Positions 60,034 to 64,000 of a stretch of DNA of 64,000 bases are shown here, in pieces (the first letter of the stretch is position 1; each line of letters opens with the position of its first letter). This DNA is from Gammaproteobacteria bacterium. GTDB taxonomy: Bacteria > Pseudomonadota > Gammaproteobacteria > UBA4575. The position numbers were made by a program, and so were the translations under genes. The notes under the pieces are model-generated. The model was not told where the DNA came from. It was given only the letters and a program-made list of their open reading frames with translations, and did not search any database. The stretch is taken from contig CBDCUI010000008.1 in NCBI GenBank assembly GCA_965222615.1, positions 480,001 through 544,000 on the forward strand, in the 5' to 3' direction.

Positions 60034-61623
60034 ATGAAAAAAAGTGCTTTACCTAACTTAAGTACATTAATACTGAAATCAGTTAGGCAACTACTTGTAC
60101 TAATTTTATTTTTATCAAGTACTACAAGTCTTGCTGCTGAGGTTTGGACACGAAGTGGGGGAATGGGTTATGGGTATTTTCCAACGGCTGCTGCATACTG
60201 CCAAGTATTTCAACAACAATTTTGTCACACAGAATGTAATCCATTCCCAATGACATGTGCGAGTCCTGACTGTAGCGCAGTGGGATGTACCGTTCAATAT
60301 AGAGTAACTCCTGCCACTAGTTTTTTGGTTGCAACTGAAATTATTTTAAAGGGGCCTTTACCAGCTGGAGAAACCATCAACAAAACCGAAAAAACCTTAG
60401 GCTCCCCTGCACCAGAGCAATGTGTGGGTAATCCAATTGATATTGCAACGGGAAACAAATATCAAAAAGAAACAGACTATGTTGATTCAAGAACCAGCCA
60501 AATTGTATTTGAACGCTACTACAACAGCATCGCGATAGATGATTCGCTTACAGGTAATCAATCATCACGTGCACTTGGGAACAACTGGAAACACACCTAC
60601 CAAAGAAGCATCTTTAACTCTGATGATGGTATTGATGAAGGCGTCGCGATTGCCTATCGACATACCGGTCGAGTTGAAAACTTCTTCTTGAATACAAGTA
60701 CTAATCAATGGGTACCCGATGCTGATATCACTAGCAGGCTTATACAACTAACGGATAGCACAGGAGATAAAATCGGTTGGGAATACACTACTGAACAAGA
60801 TGTAGTAGAAACCTACAATGCAACTGGTGTATTGCAAGCCATAACAAATAGAAACGGAGTTATACAAACACTCCACTATGATCTCGTGAGTGGCCTACTT
60901 ACTTCAATAACTGATTCATATGGCAATTCAATGTCATTCACCTATGACCTCAACGATCGTATACAAACCATGACCGATCTGGATGGCAAGTTATATCAAT
61001 ACACCTATTCACCTAATCTGATTCAAGTCGTGTATCCAGATGAGACACCTCAAAATAACGTAGATAACCCTATACGTGTCTACCATTACGAAGAAGCAAA
61101 TAAAACACTTCTTACAGGCATTACCGATGAAAATGGAAACCGATTTGCTTCTTGGGATTATGACGACACTACGAATAAAGCAATCCTCAGCGAACACAAC
61201 AGTGGGGTAGATAGGGTAACGGTAACGTATAACAATGATAGTACTACCACGATAATAGATGCGTTGGGCGCAAGTGACACATTTACGTTCCTAGATGTAC
61301 AAGGTGTAAGTCGTGTTTCAAATGTCGCAGGAGATCAATGTAATGTATGTGGAGCACAAGCACAGGCCTATACATATGACTCAAATGGATTTGTCGCTTC
61401 AGAAACCGACTTTGAAGGCAATCTCACTACCTTCATAAACAACAGCAGAGGATTACAAACAAGTAGAACTGAAGCGGTCGGCACACTCGAAGAAAGAACC
61501 ATCACCACTGAATGGCATCCCGATTTTAGATTGCCAACCAAAATAACCGAGCCAGGAAAAGAAACAATATTCACTTATGACGCTCAGGGCAGATTGTTGT
61601 CACGTACGGAAAGAGAGATTTAA
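60034..61623 (+). CDS. Secreted YD/Rhs-repeat protein 2
   Basis: Signal ending SLA; CVGNPIDIATGNK; RYYNS; ends YDAQGRLLSRTEREI. Confidence 0.9.
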   Translation: MKKSALPNLSTLILKSVRQLLVLILFLSSTTSLAAEVWTRSGGMGYGYFPTAAAYCQVFQQQFCHTECNPFPMTCASPDCSAVGCTVQYRVTPATSFLVATEIILKGPLPAGETINKTEKTLGSPAPEQCVGNPIDIATGNKYQKETDYVDSRTSQIVFERYYNSIAIDDSLTGNQSSRALGNNWKHTYQRSIFNSDDGIDEGVAIAYRHTGRVENFFLNTSTNQWVPDADITSRLIQLTDSTGDKIGWEYTTEQDVVETYNATGVLQAITNRNGVIQTLHYDLVSGLLTSITDSYGNSMSFTYDLNDRIQTMTDLDGKLYQYTYSPNLIQVVYPDETPQNNVDNPIRVYHYEEANKTLLTGITDENGNRFASWDYDDTTNKAILSEHNSGVDRVTVTYNNDSTTTIIDALGASDTFTFLDVQGVSRVSNVAGDQCNVCGAQAQAYTYDSNGFVASETDFEGNLTTFINNSRGLQTSRTEAVGTLEERTITTEWHPDFRLPTKITEPGKETIFTYDAQGRLLSRTEREI

Positions 61624-61691
61624 TGTTGTGCAATCACTTTATACTAACTTCATATTACTCACAATAAAAAATAACTGAATGGGAGACTATT

Positions 61692-63386
61692 GTGAAGAGA
61701 TTTGAAAATCCCATCTGGGAACATTCTTCCTCGAATAATAGAGAATTATCAGACACTCAGGACAATATACTTAAAGTATGTGTCCGAGTTATTATTTTTT
61801 GGCTTTTAGTTTTAATGCTATTAGTATCTTATGCAGATGCAGAAATAGCAGGGTGTAATTCAATATTCGATGACGCTTCGTTTGCGGAAGGTGTAGTAAG
61901 AACATTCGGTACAAATGTTAATAACCCGTTTGTAAACATAACGCATAATGAACCACCAATAGTATGTACAGCAGTTGATGGTCAGGGAGAGTATTGTGGA
62001 GATCACCCAATAACAGGGGACACTGCGTGTGTTGCACATAGATATAAATGTCCAAATGTATTTAATGTGTGGGTAGGCCCTGGTTCGCAGCACTGTCCTT
62101 CTGGTGACCCTTGTCCACCTGGGTGGGAAGATAATGGCGTAGGCGGATGTTCGTATGCAGATACAAACATCCAGTTCCCTAAGGAGAATGGCATGCCTGA
62201 AACTGCCTGTTTAGGCAACCCAATAAACCCTGCCACAGGAAATAAATTTCAAATTGAAACTGATATTACCTCATCAGATAGATTAACGTTTTCACGATAC
62301 TACAATTCAATCAAAGACGAAGAATTAGGAACTATAATAATTGAAGGAAAATGGACATTTGATTATTTTCAAAGTTTGAAAATCTACACAAATGTAACTA
62401 CAAATTTATATTTTGCATTTGTTAACAGACAAGACGGGAAAAAATACCAATTCACATGTTCGGAATTACCTGGACCTTGTAGTAGTGATACAGATGTAAA
62501 ACTAACTCTAGATAAAACAATCAATGGGTACACGCTACTGACTGAAAATAACATTACAGAAAATTACGATACCGATGGTAAATTGCTATCAATTACTGAT
62601 CTATCGGGGCGAACACAGACACTTAGCTATAACGTGGGCAATGGACTGCTTGAAACAGTAACAGATTTCTTTGGCAAAACACTTGTATTCACACACGATG
62701 TAAATAAACGGTTGGAAACGGTTTCTGATCCTGACGGGGACGTATATACATACATATATAACGCTACGACTGGAAATTTAGAAAGTGTCATTTATCCAGA
62801 CGATACGCCAGGCACCAGCACAGATAACCCTAAAAGAGAATATCTATATAATAACCCTAATTTTGATTCGCTCTTAACAGCTATTATAGATGAAAATGGG
62901 AATATATTTTCAGAGTGGGCTTATGACGCGCAAGGAAGAGCAGTCATGTCTAAATATGCAGGTGGGGCCGAACAAGTAAATATAACATACAATTCTAATG
63001 GTACTGTGAATGTTACGGATTCTCTAGGTGCAAGCAATATATATTCATTTGAAGTACATGCACACTCAAATAAATTATCTTCTATAAGTGGCGGACAATG
63101 CGGCAGTGGCTGTTCAAATCAAGGCCAAGCACAAACCTATGATGTGAATGGCTTCTTAGCCTCACGCACAGACTTTGAAGGCAACGTCACCACATTCATA
63201 AACAACAGCCGAGGCTTACAAACCTCACGTACCGAAGCGGTAGGCACACCCGAAGAACGCACGATCACTACCGAATGGCATCCGACATTTAGACTTCCAA
63301 CCAAGATTGCTGAGCCTGGAAAAGAAACCCTCTTTACTTATGACGCGCAGGGGCGTTTGTTAACACGTTCTGAAAGGGAGCTATAA
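61692..63386 (+). CDS. Secreted YD/Rhs-repeat protein 3
   Basis: GGGAG RBS at 61681; hydrophobic stretch ending YADA; CLGNPINPATGNK; ends YDAQGRLLTRSEREL. Confidence 0.9.
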   Translation: MKRFENPIWEHSSSNNRELSDTQDNILKVCVRVIIFWLLVLMLLVSYADAEIAGCNSIFDDASFAEGVVRTFGTNVNNPFVNITHNEPPIVCTAVDGQGEYCGDHPITGDTACVAHRYKCPNVFNVWVGPGSQHCPSGDPCPPGWEDNGVGGCSYADTNIQFPKENGMPETACLGNPINPATGNKFQIETDITSSDRLTFSRYYNSIKDEELGTIIIEGKWTFDYFQSLKIYTNVTTNLYFAFVNRQDGKKYQFTCSELPGPCSSDTDVKLTLDKTINGYTLLTENNITENYDTDGKLLSITDLSGRTQTLSYNVGNGLLETVTDFFGKTLVFTHDVNKRLETVSDPDGDVYTYIYNATTGNLESVIYPDDTPGTSTDNPKREYLYNNPNFDSLLTAIIDENGNIFSEWAYDAQGRAVMSKYAGGAEQVNITYNSNGTVNVTDSLGASNIYSFEVHAHSNKLSSISGGQCGSGCSNQGQAQTYDVNGFLASRTDFEGNVTTFINNSRGLQTSRTEAVGTPEERTITTEWHPTFRLPTKIAEPGKETLFTYDAQGRLLTRSEREL

Positions 63387-63389
63387 GAC

Positions 63390-64000
63390 ATGAATAAAAT
63401 TCGAAAATTAGATCAAATTATGTCTCTAATTTTTGTCTGTGTAACATTTTATTTTGGTACAACTAGTTTTTTATTTGCACATCAACCACCTTCTGCACCG
63501 AGTATTTGCATTGGTATGTTTTCGTCATGCAGCCCTGCAGCAAGGAGCACATGTTTTTCTGATTCTAGTTTTGTCCCAGAATGTGGTGCGATTATGAATG
63601 GTCCAGGGCTTTGTAGTGGGACAAACTTTTACCAATATAGACATACAAGTTTTGGGCATCTCCACCAATATGGATGCATTGATACTGGCGGGTGTTCTAC
63701 AAGTGAATATGCTGATGGTTTTGGAGCATGTGTAGCTGATACCCAACTAGATTTAGTAAGAACCTTGGGTGATCCAGAAGGATCATGTCCAAGAGGTAAT
63801 CCAATTCATGCTTCTACTGGTAATAATTTTGAAACTGAAATAGATTATTCCTTAAGTAATGGTGGTTTAAATTTCATTCGCTATTACAACAGTCTTTCTC
63901 AAAATGATGTTGACCTTGGAATAAAATGGACAGCGTCTTATTTCCAAAATCTTTCTGTTAACTTTTTTTTCGTCACAGTTAATCAAGCAGATGGTGGAAT
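63390..64000 (+). CDS. Secreted YD/Rhs-repeat protein 4 (runs off window; missing from the ORF track)
   Basis: ATG 63390, open to 64000: MNKIRKLDQIMSLIFVCVTFYFGTTSFLFA-HQPP...8 Cys...CPRGNPIHASTGNNFETE...FIRYYNS...LGIKW. Confidence 0.88.
   Translation, partial: MNKIRKLDQIMSLIFVCVTFYFGTTSFLFAHQPPSAPSICIGMFSSCSPAARSTCFSDSSFVPECGAIMNGPGLCSGTNFYQYRHTSFGHLHQYGCIDTGGCSTSEYADGFGACVADTQLDLVRTLGDPEGSCPRGNPIHASTGNNFETEIDYSLSNGGLNFIRYYNSLSQNDVDLGIKWTASYFQNLSVNFFFVTVNQADGG

Larger units (their letters stand above)
59779..63386 (+). repeat. Three copies of a 252-bp conserved 3' gene tail (59779-60030, 61372-61623, 63135-63386)
   Basis: Encode an 83-aa tail, 74/83 (gene 1 vs 2) and 72/83 (gene 1 vs 3) identical, with many synonymous differences. 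Confidence 0.92.

Noticed and set aside
60030-60034. Stop readthrough fusing the Rhs units into one giant protein
   Set aside because: Units 1-2 and 3-4 are in frame across TAA, but each downstream unit has its own signal peptide and SD-like sequence, and unit 3 is out of frame with unit 2.
63525-63746. 73-aa minus-strand ORF as a possible immunity gene
   Set aside because: Antisense shadow of the fourth Rhs-like gene, which is open on the plus strand from 63390.

Overview
Chromosomal window from an AT-rich gammaproteobacterium. Most of it is recognisable housekeeping gene order: rplI-dnaB-alr-fadD; tRNA-Leu/queA-tgt-yajC-secDF; suhB/trmJ; the isc cluster (iscRSUA-hscBA-fdx-iscX); and ndk-rlmN-pilW-rodZ-hisS-yfgM-bamB-der. 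Accessory blocks interrupt this order. They are a coiled-coil/OmpA/GGDEF-EAL triplet, a BON-OmpA pair, a small island at tRNA-Arg(CCT) with attachment-site-like relics, and a Zur-box metal uptake operon led by a CxxC...QAPP leader ORF. There is also a tungsten aldehyde oxidoreductase (aorABCDE-like) operon and an ECF sigma/anti-sigma pair. A family of ~130-140 bp palindromic elements overlaps three stop codons. The most unusual feature is at the right end (58432 to past 64000): at least four tandem, secreted-looking YD/Rhs-repeat genes with an inverted architecture. Each has a unique Cys-rich N-terminal domain. The three complete genes end in a near-identical 83-aa C-terminus, with no Rhs core motif, no C-terminal toxin and no immunity genes. 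All calls come from reading motifs by eye; no searches were run.
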